Below, in pieces: positions 16,001-51,302 of a stretch of DNA of 64,000 nt (within the stretch, counting starts at the first letter, position 1; each line of letters opens with the position of its first letter). Origin of the DNA: Owenia fusiformis (taxonomy: Eukaryota); contig CAIIXF020000001.1 of NCBI GenBank assembly GCA_903813345.2, positions 48,856,001-48,920,000 on the forward strand, read 5' to 3'. Made by a program: the position numbers and the translations under genes. The notes below the pieces were generated by a model that did no database searches, had not been told where the DNA came from, and was given only the letters and a program-made list of their open reading frames with translations.

Positions 16001-19000
16001 AACGCCTCTAGAAGTGGAACAACTCTGTTAGTGGAACACTTTTGAGAGTCCCAAGATCAATTGCCTTAATGTTAAATGATCCTTTATAAGTGGAACACCT
16101 CCCAAGTGGAACACATTGAAGCGATACCAAAGTTGATCCACTAAGACCAGTTTTAATTAATTTTAGTTAAAGTTCTTTGAACCATTAATTCTTAATTTCC
16201 ACATTACCTATTTTTTACCTAGTATTTACAGACAAATGAATCACCTAGTACAGGGTGTTTCATAAAAAAATCCAACCCACCTAACCATACATATCTTTGT
16301 AACAAATAGAGAATGACAAATCTTGTTTGACAGAATTAAAGTTTGTTCAATGTACTTTTTAGTTGACAAAGTTTCATCACTGTAGCATGTGTATGTTCTA
16401 TTTGCTGGCCATTTAAAGAACCTGCCCCAAATTTCTACCACTTTTCTGAAGACAGACTTGCACTCTGTGTGATGTTGTTGACAACACACGTGTTTTTATT
16501 GGAACATATGTTTCTTATCCTGAAAGATAGTGCGTATGTCAACAATCCTAGAACCATTGCAGAGCTCAAACTATAGATAATACAAAAGATAAGGACATTC
16601 ACCATTCTGTCAGAAGAGAGGTGGTAGCCATTTGGAGCACATTCTTTATATGGGCAGCAAATGGGTCATACGTAAGCTACATTGATGAAACTTAAAGGAC
16701 AACTTAAAGGACATTGAACTACTTTTACTTCTGCCAAAAGAGATTGTTTTAACCTTCATTGGTTAAAATGCATTGTAAAGTATGTGGGTTGCATCTTTTT
16801 TTAAACACCCTGTATAAAGACTATAACTTTGTAGCTAGATAAAGGAGTAACACTTTTTATTTGTCTTACTTTTTTCATTAACATTTGGCTCATAATGTAA
16901 TAAAACACTTATTTCTGTCAAAGCCCTGCACAGACCTTATTTATTATAGTGAAATTCAAAAGAAAGATAAATTAAAGATAAAAAATATTTATGGGATTGA
17001 TCTTTATCCTTCCATTAATATATCATCTATTATCTATCAACCGTCCGCCCAATACTAGAGGACTCTTTGACATTAAAGACAATAAATGCAATACGATTGA
17101 GACACCTATTAAAATCTGTCACCTAGAACTTGAAAAACTGTCTACTGGTATTTGAGAGGTTTACAACTAACCATGGGCTTTCAAATAAAATAAAATCATG
17201 ACTAATTGAAAGCCCATTGACTAATCATATAAAATGTATGTTGCCACTAAACTCATTTGACAAACACACTGACGAATGGTTCCTCTATATCCATACAAAC
17301 TTCATTCGCTGGGATATCAATGGCCTTCGGGCTGCGGGAAATATGCTGAGGGAAACATGAACATTTATTCACCTCAATAGAATGGAATATTTGGTATACA
17401 TGTATATACAATGTTATATTATATCTTCAAATTGATCATAAAACAATTTTTATATTCTATTTATGTGATTCTGATATATTTCAATGTTTTTATTGAGCCT
17501 CTCTCAAGATACTTTGAACTTTTTGTACTAATTAATACTTCAAATATATGATTCAAAAGACAAGTGGCTCTAATAGTTTTAATATACATGTTGTCAGATA
17601 ATAAAATGATTTGTTATGATATCAAAGAACACTCCCATCTTATCTGCCTTGAAATACAACATCCAATAATAATGATTCATTGATAACTCAAAGAAAAAAC
17701 AACATTACTACTGTACAAACTATGTCAATAGTGTAAAAAGGGGAACTTTCTTATCAATATCAACACATCTTCAAGTCCATGCAAATAATACTACTAGGCA
17801 ATTCTTGAACAGTGTACAGTTTATAATATTGTGTTGTTGAAAATATATATCCTGTAGTATGGTGGGAATTGACCTATATCCTTCCATACACCAAAGAAGA
17901 ATTTACTTTGTTCAAAGTACCCCCCCCCCCAGCCCCCCTTCCTCAAATTCAAAATTCAATTCTCACCTATTATAGTTTTGGACACTTGGATATATTTACT
18001 TTAACTATGATGTGTATAGTACTGAAGTGTATGATCAAGAGTCTGTTGAATGGTATGATTAACCATGAAACAGCAATTCTGTATCATGCAGGGGAAGGAC
18101 CTGGAACAAGGGGAGGGGGATATCTCTGTCCTTTGATACTCACTTTAAAATCACAAACAGAGATTCAATTAGCGACTGGCTTTAGGGATGGGACAGCAGA
18201 CTGTAGCCAGTTTTTGCCAGGGGGGTCAGATTTTAAAAAATCACTCAAAATGGAGAAAACTGCATGATTTTAGGCCAGGGGGTGGTCTGGGGTGAATGTA
18301 ACAATTTCAAAATATCTAATATTGATGCTTATTTTATATTTTTAAACAGAATCAGCAATCAGCATATTGATGATCTAATTTGGAGAAAGTACTAAAATGG
18401 ATCTATCTTGCTTTATTCTGAAAGTTCTACTTTTGTTCCAATTTCTGATAAAAATACTTTTCTCAGTTGTTTTGAAACAAAATAGTCTGCTTATTTAGTT
18501 TCCTGTTTTTCATTTTGACTTTTGTCAGAAACTATAAGAAACTTTTTATAGAGATATGTCTCTCTAGTCCTGTCCTTCAAGACAGGAGATAGCCCCATCC
18601 CCCTACTCCAATTACGCCAGTCCCACCAGTGGTATGGATGTACAACTACAGGATATTAAAAATATAATTAAGGTTTTCTTGTTTAGCTTTCTTATACCTT
18701 AGGTAATTATACTCTTACAATTTACGAATTTCTACAGTCTAAAATATTATGGCAAAACATTCATAAAATTAATGTTGCAATATTATTTATATTTTTCTAA
18801 AACGTAACAAAAATATATTAAAAATTCAATAACTGAGTATTATTCATTATATTCGTCTGATTTGTATATGTACATAAGCTGAAAACTTATTTCTCTAAAG
18901 AGAGAAAAACAAAATTGATATGGCCTAAGGCTGGACAATCATTGAGTATCTGTATAGTAACCATATTTTTGCCATATAAATACCAATAATGGTAATGCTA

Positions 19001-19578
19001 TTGACTATTCGATCTCATCAGTTACGATTGTATTTTTGATTTGTTTGATCTCAATGATATATACCCCTCCCCCATCTGAACATGAAAGTTCAGAATACTT
19101 ACCCAGGTGCTTCAGCCAACAGCATCTTGACACATTCAATATTGCCATTTGCTGCGGCAAAATGTATCGGGAGCGCTCCCGTAAGTGCTTTTTCCAATAC
19201 TGAACATTTTGTGTTCTCTAACAGCCACCTCAAGACTCGTACTTGGCCGAATCTAGCTGCTAAATGAACTATTGTCGAACCTGTAGAGTCTTTATCATCT
19301 ATATTACAACTTCCGTGAGAGAGAAGCCAAACGAGAGATTCCAGGTGACCACTAGCTGTGGCATCATGTGCAGGAGTTGCGCCAATGTCTGACTTTTTGT
19401 CTCCCTTGAGATGACATTTATTGATCAAGTAGTCTAAAACATCCAAATTGCCTGCCCTAGCTGCATAATGCACACAATTTGCCCCAAGTTCATCAATTTC
19501 TTCACCTGTTGGATTCAGTGACTCAAGTGCTATCAAATCTCCTTGTTTAGATGCCACTAATGTACTGTCAGTCACCAT
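4030..19578 (-). CDS. ESPN: Espin/forked-like ankyrin-repeat actin-bundling protein, 5' part; gene continues beyond the left edge. Exons 19578-19103, 11850-11664, 11343-11161, 9412-9278, 8407-8305, probably 4092-4030
   Basis: GT-AG, phase-compatible exons give a run of ankyrin repeats (GANCVHYAARAG, GATPAHDATASG, GALPIHFAAANG, NGATPVYLASQEG, DGMSCVHAAAQSG, DGVTPLHFAASRG, GGSPLHDAAENG, GATALDLA) that closely follows the recalled espin N-terminus. The last two exons rest on splice signals and phase only. The C-terminal WH2/actin-bundling module is not in the window. Confidence 0.85.
6530..6620. mobile_element. Small CAGTAAAACC/GTGGAACAC MITE; related copies near 15980-16155, 26620-26770, 53700-53808
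   Basis: TACAGTAAAACCTGTAAAGTGGAACAC...GTGTTCCA...AGGTTTTATTG hairpin structure recurring across the window. Confidence 0.55.
9826..10203. mobile_element. Non-autonomous hAT-like MITE
   Basis: TIRs TAGTGTTGTCGCGAT / ATCGCGACAACACTA, perfect 8-bp TSD GTCATTAC on both sides, and subterminal ATCGAT/CATCGC repeats. Confidence 0.9.
14332..15895. mobile_element. Helentron-associated HINE/DINE-1-like element with about 8 tandem ~162-bp core repeats
   Basis: Starts AACAAGG. The motif ACAATATCGTACCT occurs at both ends. Unit starts at 14468, 14630, 14792, 14953, 15105, 15267, 15429, 15593, 15755, followed by a CCGC microsatellite and a terminal palindrome ATCGTACCT-tttgtt-AGGTACGAT (present twice) next to an A-run. 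Confidence 0.8.
16251..16812 (+). mobile_element. Decayed Tc1/mariner element
   Basis: TA-flanked TIRs CAGGGTGTTT / AAACACCCTG. Internal transposase C-terminal remnants LKDSAYVNNPRTIAELK and GGSHLEHIL. Confidence 0.75.
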
Positions 19579-20059
19579 TGTGATTTCATTTACCTAAAAT
19601 CTACCATCTATAACTCTTATTTTGATCTGAAATCACGTAAAATTTGACAGATCGAAAAAATATTGAATATGTCAATTTGCACTTTCCAATCATTCTCGCC
19701 TGCCACCTATCGGTCAGGTAAGTAACGATAGCCACGCCCTTCTCACATATCACGATGTAAGATACCTCACGGATAAATTAATGTATCTTCCACTAAGAAA
19801 TATTTTATAAGCACCTGTTCGGAATTTTGAAAGTGGACAAACCATTTTCTTCGATAAAACACCGTTTACAAACTTGCAAAATATTTGGACTGTGTTCCAT
19901 CTAATTAGGTCACTTCCGGTTTCAATTTTGAAAAATTATTTTTGCCGATCTTGCAGTTTATAATCAATTTAACTGATATGCCGGGAGACATAGTAAGATT
20001 AAACATCGTAAGATATATTCTTAATAATATACTTCAATTGTAACACAATTTGTGTCAAT
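19579..20059. promoter_or_regulatory. Putative bidirectional promoter/5'UTR interval between espin-like and ERCC8
   Basis: The two start codons are divergent, about 480 bp apart. ETS-type CACTTCCGGT near 19911-19920 and a GC-box-like GCCACGCCC near 19730. Confidence 0.55.
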
Positions 20060-23000
20060 ATGCTGAACAATCTATCACGTATACAGCTTGGAAACACAAA
20101 ATCTTTGTGTTTTGAAAGGAAAGAAAAAGAAAGGAGAACAAGAAACATTGAGTTGAGCAAATATAGAGATTTACAGAAAATACATGGACAAGGTGTCAAT
20201 GTGTTGGATCTTGACCAGACTGAAAATAGATAGTAAGTTTGTGTTGTTTTTTACAAATGATCACCTGTCCTGTAATTTTGCATCAATCTGGTATCCATCT
20301 CAATCGAATGGTCTTACTTCATCCAATAAGTTTGGGTCGTAGCATATGATAACGGGACTACTTCGACCTTTGGGTCATTTGGACCATGGGCGATAATGCA
20401 CATTTATGGGGTTAGATATCTTGGATAAGATCTCACCATTGGAGGCTTAGGTTAGTGCCCCGTTAGTGTTGTCGTGATTAATCGATACATCGTGATATTT
20501 ATCGCCAAAAGTGATTCTGGCGATGCATCGATGTCTGAAACAAAACATTGATGTTTTTACAAAAAAATAAATCTGCTAAAATCACCTTTTCCTATCTCGT
20601 TTTTATGCAAATGCCATACCTTTTTCATTCTTTAGTTCATCTTCCAATAATGTGCAAACCTTTAATGTATGATTTTTCTTTTTTAAGAAGTGCAGATCTT
20701 AACCGTTTTTCGAAGTTCCGTTTACTTTGTTCACAATTATATGATACTGACACACGTTTGTTATAAAAATGTCACGAGAATTCTGCCTACCCAAGGTTCC
20801 GACATTTTGTTACCGAAACGGTTTGTTTCAGTAACAGAAACCAGCGTAATCGAGTGGATCACCAGTGCAGATGCGATTCTCATGCCTCAACTGTATTCAT
20901 TAAACCCATCCAAAATTATTTCAGTTTATTGAGTGGTGGAGCTGATGGAGTGTGTGCCATATATGACACCTACAATCTGTCTAAATCCCTGTGCTACACA
21001 ACCCCTACAGTATGTACAGTAGGACGGTCCAATCGCCATGTTCACAAGTTCAGTGTCTACACAGTACAGTGGTACACTTTCGATACAGGAATGTTCATTA
21101 CGAGTGGAGCTGACAAATTGATGAAGATCTGGGACACAAATACACTAAAGGTAAAATGAGCATTTGACCTGCTTTTATATATGTTTCTTGTAAAGCAGTG
21201 GGAAATGGTGTTCATGCTTGAATTGGTTATTAGTGACTGATAGATTTCATCTATGTATTATTATGTCACCACCAGATGTGGTGACATATTGTTATAGTCT
21301 CCAACTTTTTGTGGATGTTGTTGTGGTTGGTAGTGGTTGAGATGTTCAGTGTCTGTAACAAATGGCAGGTGGTGACATTTTGCTTGATTATGCCTTGTTA
21401 CATGATATTTATAGTACTAGTGAGCTGATAAATACTTATATGACTGTATTCCAGCCTGCTGATGAGTTTGAGTTTAGTGACATAGTATACAGTCACCACA
21501 TGTCCCCTATTGCAAACAGCCATGCCCTGATAGCTGTAGGGACCAACAGTACCAAGATAAAACTTGTGGACTTGAAGACTGGATCAGCATCTCACATACT
21601 GAAAGGTCACAATGGACCAATCTATGCAGTAAAGTGGTCTCCCAGGGAAGAGTATGTTTTAGCTTCTGGAAGGTATGATACATCTTGGATTTTTATCACA
21701 CTTTGAAAGAGTGCTATTAAAGAGAGAATCAGATCTAGCGAGCAGCCTAGTCATTCCTTTTCATGTCTATTTTCTAAAAATCCCAAAAGTGTACACTTTA
21801 TTTTAGGAAAACTAAAGATTTTACAATAATGTATTATTTTTCTATAAGAATGGTTACCATTCTTATTATTTGGGAGACTTTAAACATTTTTCACCAATTT
21901 TTGCACATTGAATCTATTGTAACTTTACTGATTTATAACATAATCTTTTGGGAGATATTGTATTTGAGACTGTAAGGAATAGATTGGTAGGTCAATTGTA
22001 CATGTTGCTTGTAATTTTGTCACCCCCATAGATCTAATTCTGCCTTTAATTGTCATTGTCTTGTGTTAATGGGCTTGACAGCCATTTTGCTCTTAAATTG
22101 CAATATTTATTTATGTCTTATTTATTCAATTTGCTATGCTGAACATAATTAAGATTATTTTTCACAGTAATGGATTTTGATTTTTTTATATACAGTAACA
22201 GCAATAACGTAATTAACTAACTTATACAGACAGTTTATCAGTTTACAATTTCTGTATGTTAGCAATAATTGTGAATGTTTCAGTCAAGACAATAAAGTGA
22301 GACTCTGGGACATCCGCAGTGCCAAAGGAAGCCTCATGGTCCTTGATAAGAATAATGTAGCTGATGTCTCCAACAGTAAATCAAGTAAGTCTCATGTCTT
22401 TTATGTGTATGTATTTATTTACTTTTGAGTCGCACTTACGAGAGGATGTTGGTGTCTCATAGTATTCATGTATGAAAATAAAAAAGTTGTGCATTTTTGC
22501 CTTTGAATAGGCATCAAGAGACTTTTAAAAATGGTATTTTGCAGCGCTGGATTCCAATTTTCTAAATTGCTAAATGAATTTGAATTCTGCTAATGTTACA
22601 GAGAAACATTTAAATCTTGGTTATTTTCAGGTGCAAGTGCACACAGCTCAGCTGTAAATGGACTGTGTTTCACAGCAGACGGACTACACCTTCTAACATT
22701 TGGGATAGACAAAAAATTACGCCTCTGGAAAACCTCAGATGGAAAAAACACCAATATAGAATATGGAGATATAGGTAACAATAACAAGAAGGCAGTTCAT
22801 TTAGCAGTCTCTCAAAACTGTTCAAATGATCTTGTTTACGTGCCAAATCACCATGACATTGATGTCATGGAAATTAAGACTGGTGATTGGGTAAAAACAT
22901 TACGAGGTCACTACGGACAGGTTAATTGTTGTATTTATGACTCGAACTGGCAAGAGTTATACAGTGGGGCCAATGATAGGAACATTTTAACATGGATTCC

Positions 23001-23148
23001 TCAGTTAGAAACTGAGAGAGCCTATGACACACATATACTGCAACAGAAAGCTGAGAAAAGTAAAAAAGGGATGGCGACTTATAATGATGAAGCGCCAGTA
23101 GATCATGTGATTGAAGTTACAGCAGATACTTGGAGTGATGAAGATTGA
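20060..23148 (+). CDS. ERCC8: DNA excision repair protein ERCC-8 (Cockayne syndrome A, WD40). Exons 20060-20232, 20925-21150, 21455-21672, 22284-22384, 22631-23148
   Basis: Spliced translation MLNNLSRIQLG...IHGQGVNVLDLDQTENRYLLSGGADG...TVQWYTFDTGMF...VYSHHMSP...SHILKGH...VRLWDIR...AVNGLCFTADGLHLL...LRGHYGQV...QELYSG...DTWSDED is collinear with recalled human ERCC8. All junctions are GT-AG and in phase. Confidence 0.96.
20464..20650 (+). mobile_element. Partial second copy of the 9826 hAT-like MITE (left end), in ERCC8 intron 1
   Basis: TAGTGTTGTCGTGATTAATCGATACATCG...GATTCTGGCGATGCATCGATGTCTGAAACAAAACAT is nearly identical to 9826-9915. No matching right TIR found. Confidence 0.75.
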
Positions 23149-23800
23149 TCGAAGTATTAGTAAATAAATTACTCCAAGGAGAAATTGTATTTTTGAATAT
23201 TTGAGGTTATACATGGATTTTGGTGCAGTTACATTCCATTTGGGGATGTTTTGTTCGTACATGGATATATATTTTTCAAAACAAATCTCCTGAAACCTTT
23301 TCTCTCACCTTTCGCAAGCTTTAGATTCCTTTTTCATATCTTATTTTTTCTCCTAAATTATCCCAGATTTTCCTTTTGTTATGTCACCACCAAGAAGTGA
23401 CATATTGTTAAATTTAGCCATCATTTTTGTATCCAGTGTTTGGTGTCAAGATTTCAACACTTTTTTATTGCAACCAGGTAGGGATATTTTGTGAAGATAA
23501 TTTTTTGTAAAAAATTGATTAAATCTACAATAACTTCCATAACCATCCCATCAAATGAAGTTTGGGGAATATAGAAAACTGCACTTTCCATCCTTTTGTC
23601 CAGGCAATAATTTAAATACCATTGGCCCAATATTGTTTATATGTATTTGACCTAATGAGAGGACACATTCCGCTCAAAAGTGGATTCCCAAAATGGCCAC
23701 CAATTTAGTGTCAGTTTTACAGTATTTTAGTTACAAAATATAGGACTTTATAATGAAAATGTTCTCTTCCACTACCTCAAAAAAAATTTACTTTTAATTT

Positions 23801-25235
23801 TGACGTTTCGATGGCCTAGCCTACAGACACCGTAATCAATAAATATTGCTGATTGTCAGACACTTCATGTATTACTTGCCAACTGTCAGCAAGTTGGTAA
23901 TTAATTACCCTGGTCTCTATTCATATTGTCAGATCTCTTACTCTTGATCATGTGCGTCAGATGAACCATTAAATTGATTTTGATAATGTCAAGGTTATAG
24001 ACAATGAAGGTCACAGAAATAACCACAGAATCAATTTACATCAAGAGATGTATGAATAGAGACTCAGACAATCACCAAGTGCTACTTACAGAGTGTCCCA
24101 GAACTCATGAGAATTTTTTGAGGGAGATATAAGGCATGAATGATTTTCCTTCAAATCAAGTGCACTTAATAAACAAGCATTGAGGAATAACTGACATGAA
24201 TATCAGGCACATATCTTTTATATTTCCGAATTTATTGACATTTGAGTCCTACATCGCCTCAAACCCTGGAGTAGTCAGAGAAATACAACAATTTACGTCA
24301 CATTTTGATAATATCTACACAACTTCTCTACTCTAATAGCATTGTTTTCATTGAATTATTTCAGCTTTTCAGTACATTAGTCAATAGGATCATACACATT
24401 CAGCTAACGTATCTCTACAGAGTTATTATAGCAAATTATCTGCAGTTGATGTCTTTTCAGCTACTCTTTATACACATTCCCAAATCGTCCAATAGCCATT
24501 TCTGTAGGGTCCTCTGAAACAACATGACTCAATTCTTCCTCCGTTTCAGTGACATGGCCCACTAATCTTTGTTTAAGGTCCCCAAAAATCAAAAGTCTAG
24601 TAGAGCAAAATTTGGCAAGTATATGGAGCTACTATACATGTAAATTGTGAAGTCTCAATAGAAAGTAAATTGGATGCACTACTGACATGCATGTAGTGAC
24701 TTATTCACTGGTGCATTGTCAATATGCAAGATCATATTGGCTAGCAAAAGGGACATTTCTTTCAGTCCCTCGGGAACATGGCATTATGATCTTTCAGCAA
24801 ACCAAATGCACAATGTTGATGTATTGGGTCTCTTTCAAAGTTTATATACCATTTCATCAAAGTGCATCATCAATATGAGAAAAATACTGAACTAAGCTTA
24901 CACAAAAGACGTTGGTTTTATAGTTGAGATTTTGTATAAAATTGACAAAATGTGACATAAACTGTTGTATTTTCCCGACAACTCCGGGGTTTATGGCGAT
25001 GTAGAATTCAAATGTCAATAAATTCGGATATATAAAAGATATATGCCTGAAATTCATGTCAGTTATTCCCAAAAGAGTGTTTAGTAAGTGTACCAAATTT
25101 GAAGAAAAATCACCCATGCCTTATATCTCCCTCAAAAAATTCTCATGAGTTCTGGGACACCCTGTAATTCTCAAGGTCAATTTACAACTTCTAGCAGTTT
25201 GAGAAAGTCAAGCGAACAAGCTGGACGAAACGTCA
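23801..25235 (+). mobile_element. Decayed Penelope-like retroelement remnant interrupted by the mariner element
   Basis: 23934-24070 translates to DHVRQMNH*IDFDNVKVIDNE...ESIYIK...MNRDS, resembling the tail of PLE GIY-YIG domains. Inverted TGACGTTTCG (23801) and CGAAACGTCA (25226) bracket it. Confidence 0.55.
24089..25164 (-). mobile_element. Tc1/mariner deletion derivative
   Basis: About 50-bp near-perfect TIRs (CAG[A/G]GTGTCCCAGAACTCATGAGAATTTTTTGAGGGAGATATAAGGCATG) with a TA TSD. Minus-strand remnant YLPNFALLDF*FLGTL near 24570-24630 resembles the YSPDLAPxDF motif. Confidence 0.85.
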
Positions 25236-26476
25236 TGAAGTAAAAAGGTATGGTTAAGACATAATGAAAATATAATATTGATATGGAAACATTTGCTACA
25301 CCTTGGCATTTCTGTAATCTAGATAATGTTGGGTTTTATTTGTGACTATCCTGCTAGAATTAACCAATAAGGGCTATTGTGTACTGATAACTTTTGCAAC
25401 AAAAATTAAAAAAAAAACAGAAGGTCAAAAAACTATTGGCAACGTAAAAATATTTTAAGAATACATTTTTTATATACATTGATATCATTGTTAAATTATC
25501 TCACTTTTGAAACCTGCATTTGACAAATAAAACACAGTATTTTTTCAATATGTATGCATGCACATCCCTATATTTCTATACATATATCTAGACATAAAGT
25601 ACAATATCTACAATATTTATACATTTTTATATACAAAAATACATCTACAACCTTGTTACCATTTTTCTCATAAAAGTATAAAATGGTCAGCTACACTGAC
25701 AATATTTTGGAAATGTACGTGTATAATGAGAAGATTATCTTTCTGTGAGCTTTTATATTTCTCCAACCCACACTCCCTAAAACAATCTTAAAACAAGAAG
25801 ACTTATAAAAAGTGAAAACCGAGTCTAGCACTCATCTGCTAATAATCCAATGACAATTTTCATTATGTCATACATGATGTAAACCAGTTCTGCTGAAGGC
25901 TTCCAGTACAATTGTCCATGCACATCGTGTAAAGTAAGTGGGTGTTGCACCCATTTGAGATCTTGAGGAGATGCATCCATCAATTTCTACACACTTGAAA
26001 TTGTGAAAAATCTTGGAAAATATGAAGTTTGAAAATGAGGATTTTGCACCCAAAAATCCTGGGGATCACAAATTATTCACACAAGCAGGGTTCAAATAAG
26101 AAATCAAAATCATAATTTTGTTGTAAATATTCAAACATGTACACTGCAAGAAAATCTCCAAATGGTGGAATTTCAAATTACACATCTTAGACCGTTCTAG
26201 TCAGTTTAATTACTACCTATAATCTCAATAATGAGCCTCATATTGTCTGTCAGAATTACCTGTTAACACACACACATTGACAATACCGATCACTCCTGAT
26301 AAACTATAAATGCAAAGATGGGTGGAACTTTGTGATCTTTGGCCCACATTGTCACTTTTGAAATACCAACACATTTAATTATCCTTTCACTCAGAAAATT
26401 CAACAAAAGTTGATTTTTTATTTAGAATTATGTCTTGGTGGGTTCTGATAATATTAAATGTTGCACTTCATGTTGG

Positions 26477-48839
<22,363 letters not shown>

Positions 48840-49340
48840 CTTGAAAACACAGTCCAATTTTTGGCTTTGTTTATGAATGTTACACTATAAATACGAGCGC
48901 TACAATTTTAACAGTGTTTGAAAATTCAGACCTGTAAATGAATGCGAACGTCAGTGTTTATTCTCGCATTACCTAATTATATGCTACATCTTGGAGGATA
49001 ATACAGGACTAACCTTACCCTCCTAAACATGATGATGATGATTGTATCATACATTATTCCGAAATTCAATTTCTGTCTGACAGATAGGCTATATTAGATA
49101 AGCATCCTCCGATCATACAGGGCTTCAAAATCCAGAATATATTCTTTCTTTTTACCGGGGGAAGGAGGTACGGATTCTGGATACCTGCTTAGGAGGATGT
49201 AGATAAGTGACCGCCCCCTCCTTTCCCAGTTTTTTTAGATTTGAAACTGAGCCTAGAATTGAAAGCTCTGAGCTTAGAATTGAAAGCTCTAGACGTTTTG
49301 TAAGTGTGCAAAATCTATATTTTAGTAAATGACAATTTTT

Positions 49341-49509
49341 TAGTGGCGGACCGGGGGGGGGGCATGGGGCATGAGGCCCCCTTCTAAGGACTTATTCTTT
49401 AATTTAGGCCAAATTTTGAAGAAAATGGGCCTCAAAATTTCAAAATTTGGGCCCACTTTTCGGTCACGGTTTTAGGAGCCCAAAAATTTTTTTCCTGGAT
49501 CCGCCACTG
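49341..49509. mobile_element. Short MITE with AGTGGCGGA...TCCGCCACTG ends
   Basis: Inverted ends and a GC-rich subterminal tract in AT-rich context. Possible degenerate [G/T]TTTTTAG TSD. Confidence 0.6.
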
Positions 49510-51302
49510 GTTTTTAGTCAAAGTTAAGTAAAGTTCTCTAAAAACACATTTTTTCTTGTTTTTATCATTAAGAATGTTATGCTGGAATATGCTCAGAATG
49601 CAACACTGAAAAGGTCCAAATTTAAAAAACTTCTGGGGGCATGCCCACGACCCACCTTCTTTCCACTACACGCTTCGCGTGAGGGTGCGCTTCGCGCACG
49701 GGCACGACCCACCCATACTTGAAAGTAGCGCCCTTCTCCTTGGCAAATCCTTCTCTCGGACGCCCCCGTATAGGGACAAGAATTGAAAAGTAATGTTTTT
49801 ATACCTAATAAAAATCATCCATTCTTCGTGGAGAAAAATTAAAGTCCAATAAAATAACGTTTTAAACGCAAAGTAACGTGTTTTAGAAATGCTGCATATA
49901 ATTCCATTATTCACGTTTTGAATAAAGGCAACAATAGTTTCCATTTATTTTCCTTCAACTTGATATTTTCTTTCATTAAAAGTTTAAAAAATCGTTACTT
50001 GTATAAAATGCTAATATTTTCTGTCCCTATATCGCCACTGATGAGAGTATTTAGGTCCCGGAGGTAGGTCACCCCCTCTTTATTAAAGGGTATGATTAAT
50101 AGAGACGAGTAGGGTCCAATATTATATTGTTATTATATAGTATTGTTATAATACTCTTATATTGTTGCAGTTGCAAATTGGAACTTAAATCATGGGCTGC
50201 CCTTGCTTAAACATATTAAATCTCGGACAAATGGACAAAATGCATGGGGAATTGGGCGATTGTTGCAAGTAAACAAATCTGCAAAGGTCAATTTTTATGA
50301 GAAATTTTCCATACAAATCAATCAATTGCCATATGGAAAAATGCCCCAACATCCCAAATCTAAGTTCACGCGACGCCAATCCCCTCCCATTTTTCATAGT
50401 TGTTTTAAAGAGCCTTATTTGTGGATTCTTAGTATGAGATCCGCCATCAGTTTGAAAATCAAAAGTTGCTAACCCCAGCTTCTCGGCTCAGGTTGTTTAC
50501 TTGCCATGCACCGAATCCCTGCTTAACAATTTCTGTATGTTCGTATTTTCAGCGCATTACTAATGGCGGGCACCTGTCATGACAAGAGCTTAAAGATCTA
50601 GTATGATACAAGTAAAACATCCCAAGTGTAAAATCTGTTGTGATATAGCACGACAACTTTTACTAAAATATACTGGTCAAATAAATTTAAGTGTAGTTTC
50701 ATAATAATAATAATGAGTTTGAATATTTATGATTCATCATTGGAACTAAACTCCTTGTCATGGTATTGAGATCAGAACATGGCGACGGGATATCAACAAA
50801 TGAAAACATTGAACACGAACTTGGAAAGAAGATGGATTATATCAACGGCCAATCTTCAAAAAACAATCTATACAACGTGCTTTGATGCAAAAATATAATA
50901 GCTGTATATTAATAGTAAAGTGGACTATGAAAAGTCTTATGGGGCATCAGAATTAGGCAGATGAATTGACCTTCTTCAAACGATGGATTTTAAAATCGTC
51001 TGCAATTTAGAGTTCCTAGAAAAGGCTCTTACAATCATAATTTGTAAATTCTAAAAAATACATATGATCGATGCTAGTTTGACAATATGGATAACTGCTC
51101 CTACATTCAGTAAAATATACGTTGGAGCATACAGCTCTAATATTCTTCAGTGCAAAACCTCTGCACCTGAACTTGTCAAATATTGTAGCCACAACATTTG
51201 TAAATAGCAATAACAAGGCGTCAATAACAAATAGTACACAATATCAAAGAACTGCAAGAATTTAAAGTTTATGTTTCTTATATATCACAAAACTACAGAA
51301 CG

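Noticed and set aside
17869..18267. 132-aa ORF in espin intron 1
   Set aside because: Non-ATG start, runs through a poly-C tract and MITE-like fragments, no domain.
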